A stretch of 64,000 nucleotides of DNA from an uncultured Acidobacteriota bacterium (GTDB lineage: Bacteria; Acidobacteriota; Vicinamibacteria; Fen-336; JAGNNV01). The notes below the pieces were generated by a model that did no database searches, was not told the DNA's origin, and saw only the letters and a program-made list of their open reading frames with translations. Below, piece after piece: positions 26,431-35,069 of the stretch. Where the stretch lies: NCBI GenBank assembly GCA_964396875.1, contig CAYNHK010000002.1, positions 1,015-65,014 of the forward strand, in the 5' to 3' direction. How positions within the stretch are numbered: the stretch's first letter is position 1; every line of letters begins with the position of its first letter. A program made the translations under genes and the position numbers.

Positions 26431-27381
26431 TTAGAAGACCGGCGAAAGATCGGCGCGTCGAAGCAGGTTTCGGGTCAGGCGCCGGATATCCTCAGCGGCC
26501 CGCGATCGACTCGCATCGACCATGAACATCTTGCCCCGGCGAAGTGTCCGCCAGACCGCGTCGTCGTGGTGCACAAAACCTGCGTACGAGATGGGCAGCC
26601 CGAAGTGGCGCCGGATCACCGCCGAGGTCTGGGCCCCGAACCTCCGATCGGACTCATCGCGAACCTGATTGGTCACGAGGGTCAACGCCATTTCGCCAAG
26701 AATGGCGCGCGCCGCGCCCAATAACGAAGGATCCACGGACTCGATCTCCCGGAGAATGTCGCCGACCACCCTGATGCGCGTGGACGTCTGGCCCGCGTGC
26801 GCCTCGATCAGGCGGCGGCGCACCTCGTTGGACGAGGTCCTCTGGGTGAGCCTCTGCAGACACAACACCCGCAAGAGGCTGGCGACGTTCTCGAGAGAAC
26901 TCGGCTCCGGCACCGACACAAGCACCTTGAGGTCCGCGAGATTCATCGCCTCCATCGTCTCGGGCGCGACACCGGCTCCGAGGTCGAGAAGCACGAGGTC
27001 CACGGGAAGCGCCCGCAAGGCGTTTGCGAGCCGCGCCGACCATCCGGGGGGAAGGGAGCCGGCACCTTCGTCAGCGCGGCCACCGATGAGTCTCAGGTTG
27101 GGATAAGGCGTCGCCATGGCGAATTCATCCGCGACGCTGCCGCCCGCGCGCAGAAAGTCGAGAAGAGATCGCGTTCCCTGGGGAATGCCGAGGCAGGTAT
27201 GCAGGTTCGCTCCGCCAAAATCGGCATCGACGAGAACCACGCGTTTGCCGAGTCTCGACAGTTGGAAACCCACGGAAGCGGCAAGCGCGCTCTTTCCAGT
27301 TCCCCCCTTGCCGCCGCCGAACGCCCAGATCTCGAAGACCGGACCTTCCTCGGCCGGTCGTTCCGCTTCGATCAACGACAC
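26431..27381 (-). CDS. ParA/MinD-family P-loop ATPase (deviant Walker A)
   Basis: The deviant Walker A is visible (FGGGKGGTGKSALAA). Switch and Walker B regions are present (VVLVDADFGGANL, DLVLLDLGAG). Length is 316 aa. The start is GTG. The gene lies directly upstream of the J/HTH gene on the same strand. Confidence 0.8.
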   Translation of the reverse strand: MSLIEAERPAEEGPVFEIWAFGGGKGGTGKSALAASVGFQLSRLGKRVVLVDADFGGANLHTCLGIPQGTRSLLDFLRAGGSVADEFAMATPYPNLRLIGGRADEGAGSLPPGWSARLANALRALPVDLVLLDLGAGVAPETMEAMNLADLKVLVSVPEPSSLENVASLLRVLCLQRLTQRTSSNEVRRRLIEAHAGQTSTRIRVVGDILREIESVDPSLLGAARAILGEMALTLVTNQVRDESDRRFGAQTSAVIRRHFGLPISYAGFVHHDDAVWRTLRRGKMFMVDASRSRAAEDIRRLTRNLLRRADLSPVF

Positions 27382-27440
27382 GGGCGGTCCAGATCGGAGA
27401 GCGGGGTCGAACCGGCGGATTGTGTTGTTATCATCTTTGG

Positions 27441-28088
27441 ATGCGCGCCCCGATTATCGCCGGTATCGCTCTGGCCGCGACAGCCTGCGGATTCGGCTCG
27501 GCTCCACCGCCTCCGGACCTTCCTCCGTGGCGCATGACGAAGGACTCGAGCGGGGTCGAAGTGCGACTCCTTGAAAAGCCCCCATATACCTATCTCTACG
27601 GACTTGACGGCGCCCTGCGTCAGATCAAGTTCGACAGCAACGGCGACCGGAAACCGGATGTCTTCGCCTACTTCGCCGGACGCAGCACGCCGGAACGGCT
27701 CGAAATCGACGAAAACCGCGACGGGAAGCTCGATCGATGGGAGGAGTACAACTCAGAGGGAGTGATGGTTCGCTACTCCACCTCGGCCAGGGGCGGGACA
27801 CCCGAGAACTTCGTCGAGATTGATCCGATAACCAATCAAACCACCCAGGTGGAGAAAGACGCCGATCACGACGGCCGTCGCGAGCAGCTTCAGGTGTTCG
27901 TGAAGGGCCGGCTCAGCCGGGTCGAGGTCGATACGGATGGCGACGGTAAACGCGACCGAAGCCAGGACTGGACCCCCGGTTACCTCGCGAGCGAAGAGAT
28001 CGACCGGGACGGCGACGGACGCGCGGATGTTCGACTCCTTCGTTCGAAGGGCGGCACGATTCTCAAGGTCGAGCGCCTCCCCCGATAG
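27441..28088 (+). CDS. Exported (probable lipo-)protein with DxDxDG-type repeats, module copy A
   Basis: There is a signal peptide with a possible lipobox (IALAATAC). At least five spaced repeats of D-x-[DN]-x-D-[GR]-x-x-D followed by an aromatic residue are present (DSNGDRKPDVFAYF, DENRDGKLDRWEEY, DADHDGRREQLQVF, DTDGDGKRDRSQDW, DRDGDGRADVRLL). Confidence 0.7.
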   Translation: MRAPIIAGIALAATACGFGSAPPPPDLPPWRMTKDSSGVEVRLLEKPPYTYLYGLDGALRQIKFDSNGDRKPDVFAYFAGRSTPERLEIDENRDGKLDRWEEYNSEGVMVRYSTSARGGTPENFVEIDPITNQTTQVEKDADHDGRREQLQVFVKGRLSRVEVDTDGDGKRDRSQDWTPGYLASEEIDRDGDGRADVRLLRSKGGTILKVERLPR

Positions 28089-28100
28089 GCGAGGGACCGA

Positions 28101-29405
28101 TTGGGGCGTGAGGGATTGCTGCGCGCCATAGCCTGGCTCGCGTTCGCGAGTGTGTGCCTCGCCCCTTTTGTGGCGGGCGCCGTGTATCGGTCGGTCTGGA
28201 TTCCTCTGGCGCAGTTCTGGCTGATCCTGGGCGGCTTGACCGCGCTCCTACGCTGGCGCGCCGCGGGAGATGGCCGGGACGATGCCGGTGTTGGCGTCTC
28301 ACGCGCGCTTCTCCCCATCCATGCCCTCTTCGCGGTGCAGCTGATGCCGATGCCCGCGGGACTGCTGCGGCTTCTCTCCGCCGGTTCCCATGCGGCCCAC
28401 TTCCTTCCCGATCCCGGCGATGGTCGCCTCCGCCCTCTCTCTGTATCACCGCAAGCGACCATCGAAGCGTGGCTCTACTTCGCCGGGCTTCAGGGACTCT
28501 TCCTGGCCCTGCAGGGGTTCCCCTTCAAACAGCGACGGACGGTCCTTCACGCGCTTCTCGCCGTGATCCTGCTCCTCGCCGGAGAGGGGTTGTGGCAGTC
28601 CCGATCTGCCCATCCCCACCATCTTTATGGCCGGATTCAGATCGCGGTGCCATCGGGCTTTGAAACCGCGGTCTTTGGCCCGTATCTCAACCGGAACCAT
28701 TTCGCGACGCCCATGGCCATTGGAACGGGTCTGGCCGCGGGCCTGGCGGCGTCGGTCGTGCTCGAAAACAGGGGCTTCCTTCGCCTGCTCCACCTCCCAC
28801 GCGAGATGGCACGGGCCATCCTGCTGGCGGGGGCGGCTGTCTTCCTGACGCTGACGGCCGCGGCATCGGGATCCAGATCGGGCGCTCTCGCGGCCCTTGC
28901 GGCGCTCGGAATCGTCGCCCTGCGTACGTTTGGACGACGGTTTCTGGTGGCGACCCTGGTCACGGGCGGTGCGATCGTGACTCTTACCGGCAGCGCCACT
29001 TTCGAGCGATTCATGCGATTGGACGTCGTTCAGAGCCGCTGGGCGCCGTGGGTCGACATGACGACCCTGCTCCGCTTCTTTCCAGTATTTGGGTCAGGCA
29101 TCGGCACCTTCGGCGCCGCCTACTGGCCGTACCAGCGGAATGCCGCCTTCGAATTCTGGCAGCACGCACATAACGACTACCTGCAGTGGCTTGTTGAGGC
29201 TGGAGTGCTCGGTCTGGTCGCTCTCGTCTTGGTGGTTCGTCAACTGGACCGAAACCTGAGGTGCCTGGAGGCGGCGCGTGAGTCCTGCCTCGCCGTGGTG
29301 GGAGCTTTCGCTGTTCAGGCGTTTCTGGACTTTCCCCTGCACGTTCCCGCGAGCGCCGCAATGCTCGTCTGCGTCCTCGCTCTCTCGACGGCCCGGCGGA
29401 ACTAA
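28101..29405 (+). CDS. O-antigen-ligase-family (Wzy_C) polytopic membrane protein, module copy A
   Basis: About 10-12 TM helices are present. The conserved loop and helix FFPVFGSGIGTFGAAYWPYQR...WQHAHNDYLQWLVEAGVLGLVALVLVV is typical of the WaaL/Wzy/PglL family. The start is TTG, 13 nt after the upstream gene's stop codon. Confidence 0.75.
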   Translation: MGREGLLRAIAWLAFASVCLAPFVAGAVYRSVWIPLAQFWLILGGLTALLRWRAAGDGRDDAGVGVSRALLPIHALFAVQLMPMPAGLLRLLSAGSHAAHFLPDPGDGRLRPLSVSPQATIEAWLYFAGLQGLFLALQGFPFKQRRTVLHALLAVILLLAGEGLWQSRSAHPHHLYGRIQIAVPSGFETAVFGPYLNRNHFATPMAIGTGLAAGLAASVVLENRGFLRLLHLPREMARAILLAGAAVFLTLTAAASGSRSGALAALAALGIVALRTFGRRFLVATLVTGGAIVTLTGSATFERFMRLDVVQSRWAPWVDMTTLLRFFPVFGSGIGTFGAAYWPYQRNAAFEFWQHAHNDYLQWLVEAGVLGLVALVLVVRQLDRNLRCLEAARESCLAVVGAFAVQAFLDFPLHVPASAAMLVCVLALSTARRN

Positions 29406-29472
29406 GAGCCTGCGCGGCAAGGAAGCGGCTCCTGCACCCCCGAGGGGCGCTTCTCACTCGGCCAAAAGAGAA

Positions 29473-29493
29473 GGCCGGCCATCTCGGCCGGCC
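29473..29493 (-). terminator. Candidate intrinsic terminator hairpin between convergent genes
   Basis: GGCCGGCC-ATCTC-GGCCGGCC forms a perfect 8-bp GC stem. On the minus strand it is followed by TTCTCTTTTGG (T-rich). It lies 27 nt downstream of the minus-strand CDS that ends at 29520. Confidence 0.5.
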
Positions 29494-29519
29494 CCCAAAC
29501 GTCTACGCTAGTGCGCGCG

Positions 29520-30791
29520 TTACCGCGTCGAACAGGTCAGACCCACAAAGCGGTCCGTTCCAACCGGGTTCAAAACGCATGGAACCCCGAGTGCGGACCC
29601 GCCGCAGGCATTGGACCAGGTCGCGGGCAGGGTGCCACCAATCGAGGACTGTGGGGCCACGTTGGCAAACACATCAACACGAGCCGTGCATGGAAGCGAG
29701 AAGGTACGAGTCCCGTTCACGACACCCAAATTGCCTCCAACCGTCGAGACAACAGTTGCTGTGCAGAACTGGCCACCCACGGACGGATCCGCGGCGATTG
29801 CCGGACTCGTGACAACCGTCAAGCTACAGATCGCAGGAGTCGGCGTGGGGGTCGGAGGTGTCGGAGTTGCCGGGGTCGGGGTCGCTGGGGTGGGAGTAGG
29901 CGTGGGATCCTCTTGGGTGGCCTGGCGAACCGCAACGCCGCCGACCAGAACGCCGGCCGCGATGCCGCCGATTGCCGCGGCGCCCAGCGTGGCGCCCGCT
30001 ACGCCGCCAAAGCCCGCCAGCGATCCCGCCGCCCCCCCGCTGGCCGAGAGGACCGAAACCGCGCCATCCGGGGTACCGATGGGTGCAAGTCGGCCACCGC
30101 ATTCGGTCCCGCCGGAAACCACTTTGACCGTATGCTCGGGCGACTTCGTCTCCGCGAAGTCAGAAGAAGTCACCTGCAGGTAGTAGTTGATGGTCGTGAT
30201 GCCGCCGTCCTGGTTGACCTTGGGGATAAACGCGCGATGCGTCGGACCGCCAGGCACCTGGGGCTCAATCTTCTCGAACTCCGTGTAGAACCACTCGGGG
30301 CTGAGGTTCGACTGGAAATAGAGCCGACCGTTCACCACGGAAGAAAGCGGTTCGAAGATCGCCTCCACGAGCGTGAACTCACCCTCGGTGATGCAGTCAG
30401 AGGCATCATGGGTGATCTTGGCGGTGCCCACCGGTGCTTCCTGTGCCTGCGCCGCGAAGGCTGCCAGCTCCACATTGGCGGAAGCCACTCGTCCTGAAAC
30501 GACCTCGATCGAGAGCGGCGCCCGTGCGATGGAGATTCCGGCGCGGCCGGGGCTCGACACCACGTAAGAACCGGCAGGAACGAAAGCCGTGAACGATCCG
30601 TCCGCCGTCGACCTCACCGCGAAGGACTTGCCGGTCTCGACATTGACGAGAGTCAGCGAGAGGCCCTCGAGCCCGCGGCCCGCCAACGATACGACGCCCT
30701 TGACGGTTCCGCTCGCGGCGGTAGGAGCGGCACTCGACGGGAGTGCCATCGCGACGGAGAGGAATACTCCAAGAAATTTTCTGCTGTTCAA
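29520..30791 (-). CDS. Secreted multi-domain protein, module copy A: CarboxypepD_reg-like domain, conserved unknown domain, Gly/Ala-rich hydrophobic segment, PT-rich linker, Cys-containing InlB-B-repeat-like C-terminal domain
   Basis: There is a signal peptide (FLGVFLSVAMALPSSAA). A CarboxypepD_reg-like pattern follows (GTVKGVV..AGRGLEGLSLTLVNVETGKSFAVRSTADGSFTAFVPAGSYVV). The linker is DPTPTPTPATPTPATPTPPTPTPTP. The C-terminal pattern is C..TV........G..C.......G......F.L.C.....V.A........G..P..WSNACGG......C. It is a paralogue of 38736..40391. Confidence 0.7.
   Translation of the reverse strand: MNSRKFLGVFLSVAMALPSSAAPTAASGTVKGVVSLAGRGLEGLSLTLVNVETGKSFAVRSTADGSFTAFVPAGSYVVSSPGRAGISIARAPLSIEVVSGRVASANVELAAFAAQAQEAPVGTAKITHDASDCITEGEFTLVEAIFEPLSSVVNGRLYFQSNLSPEWFYTEFEKIEPQVPGGPTHRAFIPKVNQDGGITTINYYLQVTSSDFAETKSPEHTVKVVSGGTECGGRLAPIGTPDGAVSVLSASGGAAGSLAGFGGVAGATLGAAAIGGIAAGVLVGGVAVRQATQEDPTPTPTPATPTPATPTPPTPTPTPAICSLTVVTSPAIAADPSVGGQFCTATVVSTVGGNLGVVNGTRTFSLPCTARVDVFANVAPQSSIGGTLPATWSNACGGSALGVPCVLNPVGTDRFVGLTCSTR
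29835..29909 (-). repeat. Coding low-complexity repeat (Pro-Thr linker)
   Basis: An ACN-CCN dinucleotide-codon repeat encodes PTPTPTPATPTPATPTPPTPTPTP. It appears as a GVGVG run in the antisense frame. Confidence 0.8.
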
Positions 30792-30906
30792 AGTTTGATC
30801 CCTCTAAATTGCCCGAGACGGCCCGAACCGACGATGACGTAAAAACCCACTACACAATCAGGATGACTTGAGGCTACCCGAATCAAACCATTGAGGCAAG
30901 ACGAGT

Positions 30907-33231
30907 TCACAATTTTTCTGATCGCCCGTCGCCCCCGGTCCGACCCCCGGTCGAGTACCGTGAATACACCGCGCCGTAATAGCCATAGCCTCCGTAGTAA
31001 CCGGTGGCATAGCGAGACAGGTAGTACGCGTTTCGTTTGACGTCGACACGGTTCAGGATCGCACCCAGAACCCGCCCTCCAACCGAGTACAACTGCGCGA
31101 TTCCATCGGCGGCAACCGCCTTGGTCGTACGATCGCCTTCTGCAACCAGCACGATGGCATCGACCAGGCCGCCGATGATGAGTGCGTCCGCCATCCCTCC
31201 GATGGGAGGAGCGTCGACGATGACCCAATCGTAATTCTTCGCGAGTGCGGCCAGCAGTGTCCGCATCTCCTCGCAGCCCATGAGCTCCGCGGGATTGTCG
31301 GGAGTTCCGCCCGCCGTCAGGGCCCAAAGACCCGGGACCGGACCCTGGCGGATCACGTCGGCATGGGGGACGTTTCTGGTCAGGATCTCGCGCAGTCCCG
31401 GTGTCCGTGGCAGCCCCAGGTTGGCATGAACGGTGGGCCGTCGCAGGTCCGAGTCCACGAGCACCGCCGTTGCCCCGGTTTGAGCGATGGCCGCCGCCAG
31501 ATTCATGGCCGTGGTCGACTTCCCTTCCCCGGGGTGGATACTTGTCACCAGCAGGATCCGGGAGTTGGTCGCAGCCGCGGTTGCCATGACGTTGGTGCGG
31601 ATGACCCGATACGATTCCGAGAGGGGCGAGGCAGGGTGACGGATCGCGTTGAGATTCGCCTTTGCCGCCGCCTCTGAGACGGTCGAGAGATCCGGTACGA
31701 AACCGAGGAAGGGAACGCGCAGCGCCTCGCGGATGTCGTCGGGGGTTTTGAGGGTGGAGTCGAGCTTCTCCTTCGCCGCGACCAGCAGCACGCCCGCGGC
31801 CAACCCCGCAAGAAGCGCCATCTGGAGATTCGTGGTGCGATCGGGGAAAACCGGCGAACGCGGGACCTCTGCGGCTTCGATAAGCCGCACGGTCCGGTCG
31901 TTTACGGTGCTCTCGACGCTCGCCTCCTTGCCCCTCTTGGCAAGGGCCTGCGCAATTTCGTTCGAAGCATCAGCCTCGCGCTTGAGAGTCTGATACTCGG
32001 GGGACTTGTCGCGCAGGGCCGCCATCTCTGCCTGGGCAGCGGACACGGAACCTGCGAGGACCGACTCCTCTCGAGCCGCCGCCTCGTAGGCCGACTCGAC
32101 GGAACGCAAGACGCCCCGCGCTTCCGATATCAGGGCTGCCCGGAGCCCGGCGATCCTCGTTTCGAGACCGAGAACGTCGGGATGCTTCGGACCGAAACTC
32201 TGATCGAGTTCGCTCTTTCGGAACTCGATTTCGACGAGTTCCTTCCTCATCGCCTGGAAGGTGGAGTTTGCGGCCAGCTCCGGGAGGGAAAGCATCTCGG
32301 CAGCACTGAGACGTCGCAACTGGTCGAGGTGGGCCTTGCGCGAGGCCTTCTCCGCACGCGCCTCGAGCAACTGGGAGTTTGCCTGCTGCAGCCTCGCCTC
32401 GACGAGTCGCTGCCGCGTCTCGAGGTTCGAACTCCCGCTCCGATCTTCATAGTCGCGAAGCGCCTCGAAGGAGGTGCGGGCCTGCTCCTGCTCTGTCTTG
32501 AGCCGCGCCTCGATCCAGCGGGTCGCCTCCGTCGATTGATCGACCCGGCTCGAACGCGACTCGTCCATGAACGTCTGGGCGAGGCCGTTCGCAGCGAGGG
32601 CCGCGAACTTCGGGTCGTACGCGCGGACCACGAGGTCCACCAGGGAAGTTCTCGGCACGGGGCGGACCGTGATGCGTGACTTGAGGGCGGAAACCGCCGG
32701 AGCCACGGCGATGCCGGGTCCGAAGTCCTCGATCTGGCGGCCGAACAGCCGGGTCCGGACGAGTTCGATCGGCGACCGCATGGGACCCGTGCTCAATTCC
32801 GGGGACCGTGTGAGGTCGTATCGCTCGACGACTTTCGTCATGAGCGTCTTGCCCACCATGATGCGGTACTGGGTCTCGATCCACTCGGTCGTTACCGCGC
32901 CGACGATGTCCTGGCCCGGCGTCAGGTCGGGGCGTGTCTTCTGGATCTCAATCTGCGCGACCGCCTCGTAGCGCGGCCGCGCCGTGTAGTTGTAAGCAGT
33001 CGCGAGGACAACCGCAACGACGACGCAGGCCAGAACGAGCACCCGGCTATGCCAGAGGGCATGGGTGAACTTGACCCACTCCGACATTCCCTCCGGGGGC
33101 GAAATGGGCTCGGGCGCCACGGGACGCCGATCCTCCGGGGGCGGGACGGCGCGCAAGACCCCTCCTGAAGAACTCATGCGAGCGTCACCGAACCCGCTTC
33201 GTCCCGACTCAAAAGAACCTCTCGCCGACAT
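30907..33231 (-). CDS. wzc: Polysaccharide co-polymerase / BY-kinase (Wzc/GumC-type PCP-2a)
   Basis: There is an N-terminal TM helix and a Wzz-like region with a long coiled coil. The C-terminal kinase has Walker A (SIHPGEGKSTTAMNLA), Walker A' (VLVDSDLRRP) and Walker B (VIVDAPPIG). A Tyr cluster forms the tail (YYLSRYATGYYGGYGYYGAVYSRY). An alternative ATG lies at 33177. Confidence 0.9.
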   Translation of the reverse strand: MSARGSFESGRSGFGDARMSSSGGVLRAVPPPEDRRPVAPEPISPPEGMSEWVKFTHALWHSRVLVLACVVVAVVLATAYNYTARPRYEAVAQIEIQKTRPDLTPGQDIVGAVTTEWIETQYRIMVGKTLMTKVVERYDLTRSPELSTGPMRSPIELVRTRLFGRQIEDFGPGIAVAPAVSALKSRITVRPVPRTSLVDLVVRAYDPKFAALAANGLAQTFMDESRSSRVDQSTEATRWIEARLKTEQEQARTSFEALRDYEDRSGSSNLETRQRLVEARLQQANSQLLEARAEKASRKAHLDQLRRLSAAEMLSLPELAANSTFQAMRKELVEIEFRKSELDQSFGPKHPDVLGLETRIAGLRAALISEARGVLRSVESAYEAAAREESVLAGSVSAAQAEMAALRDKSPEYQTLKREADASNEIAQALAKRGKEASVESTVNDRTVRLIEAAEVPRSPVFPDRTTNLQMALLAGLAAGVLLVAAKEKLDSTLKTPDDIREALRVPFLGFVPDLSTVSEAAAKANLNAIRHPASPLSESYRVIRTNVMATAAATNSRILLVTSIHPGEGKSTTAMNLAAAIAQTGATAVLVDSDLRRPTVHANLGLPRTPGLREILTRNVPHADVIRQGPVPGLWALTAGGTPDNPAELMGCEEMRTLLAALAKNYDWVIVDAPPIGGMADALIIGGLVDAIVLVAEGDRTTKAVAADGIAQLYSVGGRVLGAILNRVDVKRNAYYLSRYATGYYGGYGYYGAVYSRYSTGGRTGGDGRSEKL

Positions 33232-34096
33232 TCAGGGTGTCCCCGGGCTTGAGGACATCGGTCAGCTGCACTTTGATTTCGCGCCGCTTCCCGGCCTCGA
33301 ACCGAATCACCTTGAGCCGCTTCATCGAGCCTCGTTCCGAAATCCCTCCGGCGTTTTGCAGGGCATCCTGAACCGTCATCCCCTCGACGTACTTCATTGT
33401 CGCGGGTCTCGCCGCCTGGCCGGTGACGAAGATCTGCGCCGCCTTCGGGACGAAGACGATGTCACCGCCTTCGAGAATCACGTTCTGCTCGGCGTTGCCC
33501 TTCATCAGTTCCCGGAAGCTCGCGCGAAACGCGTCCGAACCGGCGAGAGCGCCCGGAGGAAGTTCGTCGGAATCCGGAGCCGTTACTTCTGAAAGGCCGG
33601 GAAGGATGGGCATCGAGGAGAACTGTTCGATGGCGACGCTCTCGCGCCCTTCGGGTGGGCGGGCAACCACCACCTCATGCCCGGCGTTTGACGAGAGCCC
33701 GCCGGCCTCGGCCAGAATCGTCAGCAGGGAGCGATCCCCCTTGAGAGGGAAAATCCCGGGGCGCGCCACCTCGCCGATCACCAGCACCGGTCGAGACCGG
33801 TACTCCTTCACCCGGACGGAGACTTCCGGACGGCGTATAAAGCCGGCGCCGAGGAGCGACTGCAGCTTCTTGGCGACGTCCGGCGGCGTCAGTCCGCCAA
33901 CTTCGACGCGGCCGAGGAGCGGGTACGTGATCGCGCCCTCCTTGTCGATCACGAAGTCCGAAGAAAGGGAGGGTTGACCGAGGACGACCACGTCGATGAC
34001 GTCGGCGGCACGCAACGCCGCCGGGTCGGGAGACTGCGCCGCCGCAAAAGACGCGACAAGGCAAAGCAATGGCAGGCGCGGGTTGAGCCACTTCAT
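33209..34096 (-). CDS. wza: Polysaccharide export outer-membrane protein (Wza family: Poly_export plus SLBB)
   Basis: A signal peptide is present. The motif DVVVLGQPSLSSDFVIDKEGAITYPLLGRVEVGGLTPPDVAKKL matches the Poly_export domain. SLBB-like repeats follow (GDIVFVP, GDTLNV). Confidence 0.85.
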   Translation of the reverse strand: MKWLNPRLPLLCLVASFAAAQSPDPAALRAADVIDVVVLGQPSLSSDFVIDKEGAITYPLLGRVEVGGLTPPDVAKKLQSLLGAGFIRRPEVSVRVKEYRSRPVLVIGEVARPGIFPLKGDRSLLTILAEAGGLSSNAGHEVVVARPPEGRESVAIEQFSSMPILPGLSEVTAPDSDELPPGALAGSDAFRASFRELMKGNAEQNVILEGGDIVFVPKAAQIFVTGQAARPATMKYVEGMTVQDALQNAGGISERGSMKRLKVIRFEAGKRREIKVQLTDVLKPGDTLNVGERFF

Positions 34097-34161
34097 GAAG
34101 TCCCTATTCTCGGTGGGGACTTGCGATCACGTCAACTGCGGCGGGCGCCCTTCTCCAGTGT

Positions 34162-35058
34162 TCACGCCCGCGTCGTGCCCCGACTCGCGATCTTGGCGAG
34201 CCGCCCGGGCAGAGGGGCGGCCATCGACCGGATACTCTCCGCCCGCACTCCGCGACGCGCCGCCACCATCCGAGCAACGATGCTGACCGCGATTTCTTCA
34301 GGAGTCTCCGCGCCTATTTCGACTCCGACGGGGGTTTCGATGCAGGCGAGGTCCTCCGAGGAGAACCCTCGCTCGACGAGGTCGGTGAACACATGCACCA
34401 TCTTGGATCGGGAGCCCATGAGGCCGAGAAATCTCGGCCGCACCGACAGACACGATGCGATCGCGGCGGCGTCCCCCCGGTGACCGCGGGTCACCACCAC
34501 AACAAAGGACCTCGGAGTGAGCCGCAGCCTGGCCGCGGCCGATTCGAAATCTGAAACCTCGACGCGGCTGGCCTCAGGGAATCGCTCGGCCGTCGCATAC
34601 TTCTCTCGGTCGTCCAGAACCGAGACCTTGAATCCCGCGAGCGCGGCGAGAGAACACAGCGGGCGCGCCACATGTCCAGCGCCCAGGATCGCGAGGCCGG
34701 GCGTGGCTTCGAGCGGCTCGATGAAAACGTCCATCCGCCCGCCGCAAACCAGTCCTTCCTCGCCCGCCTGCTCCGGGGTGAGGTCGTAACTCGTCAGGCT
34801 GGGCCTACCATTTTCAATGGCGAGCCGGGCGCGCCGCGACATCTCCGCTTCGACGCATCCTCCTCCGATCGTTCCGCTCACCGTGCCGTCCGCGTAGACG
34901 AGCATCCGCGCTCCGGGCCGCTGCGGGGTTGAGCCCTGCGATCCGACCACGGTCACGAGCGCCGCGGGAACATCCGTCTCGATACAACGCGCCGCGGCCA
35001 GAAGCACCTCGGCCCCGCGAGACCGAGGGCGGTTGCCCGCCGCGGATTGTGAGGCCAT
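34162..35058 (-). CDS. XdhC/CoxI-family accessory protein
   Basis: The N-terminal domain is ALVTVVGSQGSTPQRPGARMLVYADGTVSGTIGGGCVEAE. A C-terminal Rossmann-like domain follows (GLAILGAGHVARPLCSLAALAGFKVSVLDDRE). Confidence 0.8.
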   Translation of the reverse strand: MASQSAAGNRPRSRGAEVLLAAARCIETDVPAALVTVVGSQGSTPQRPGARMLVYADGTVSGTIGGGCVEAEMSRRARLAIENGRPSLTSYDLTPEQAGEEGLVCGGRMDVFIEPLEATPGLAILGAGHVARPLCSLAALAGFKVSVLDDREKYATAERFPEASRVEVSDFESAAARLRLTPRSFVVVVTRGHRGDAAAIASCLSVRPRFLGLMGSRSKMVHVFTDLVERGFSSEDLACIETPVGVEIGAETPEEIAVSIVARMVAARRGVRAESIRSMAAPLPGRLAKIASRGTTRA

Positions 35059-35069
35059 GCACCCTCCGT

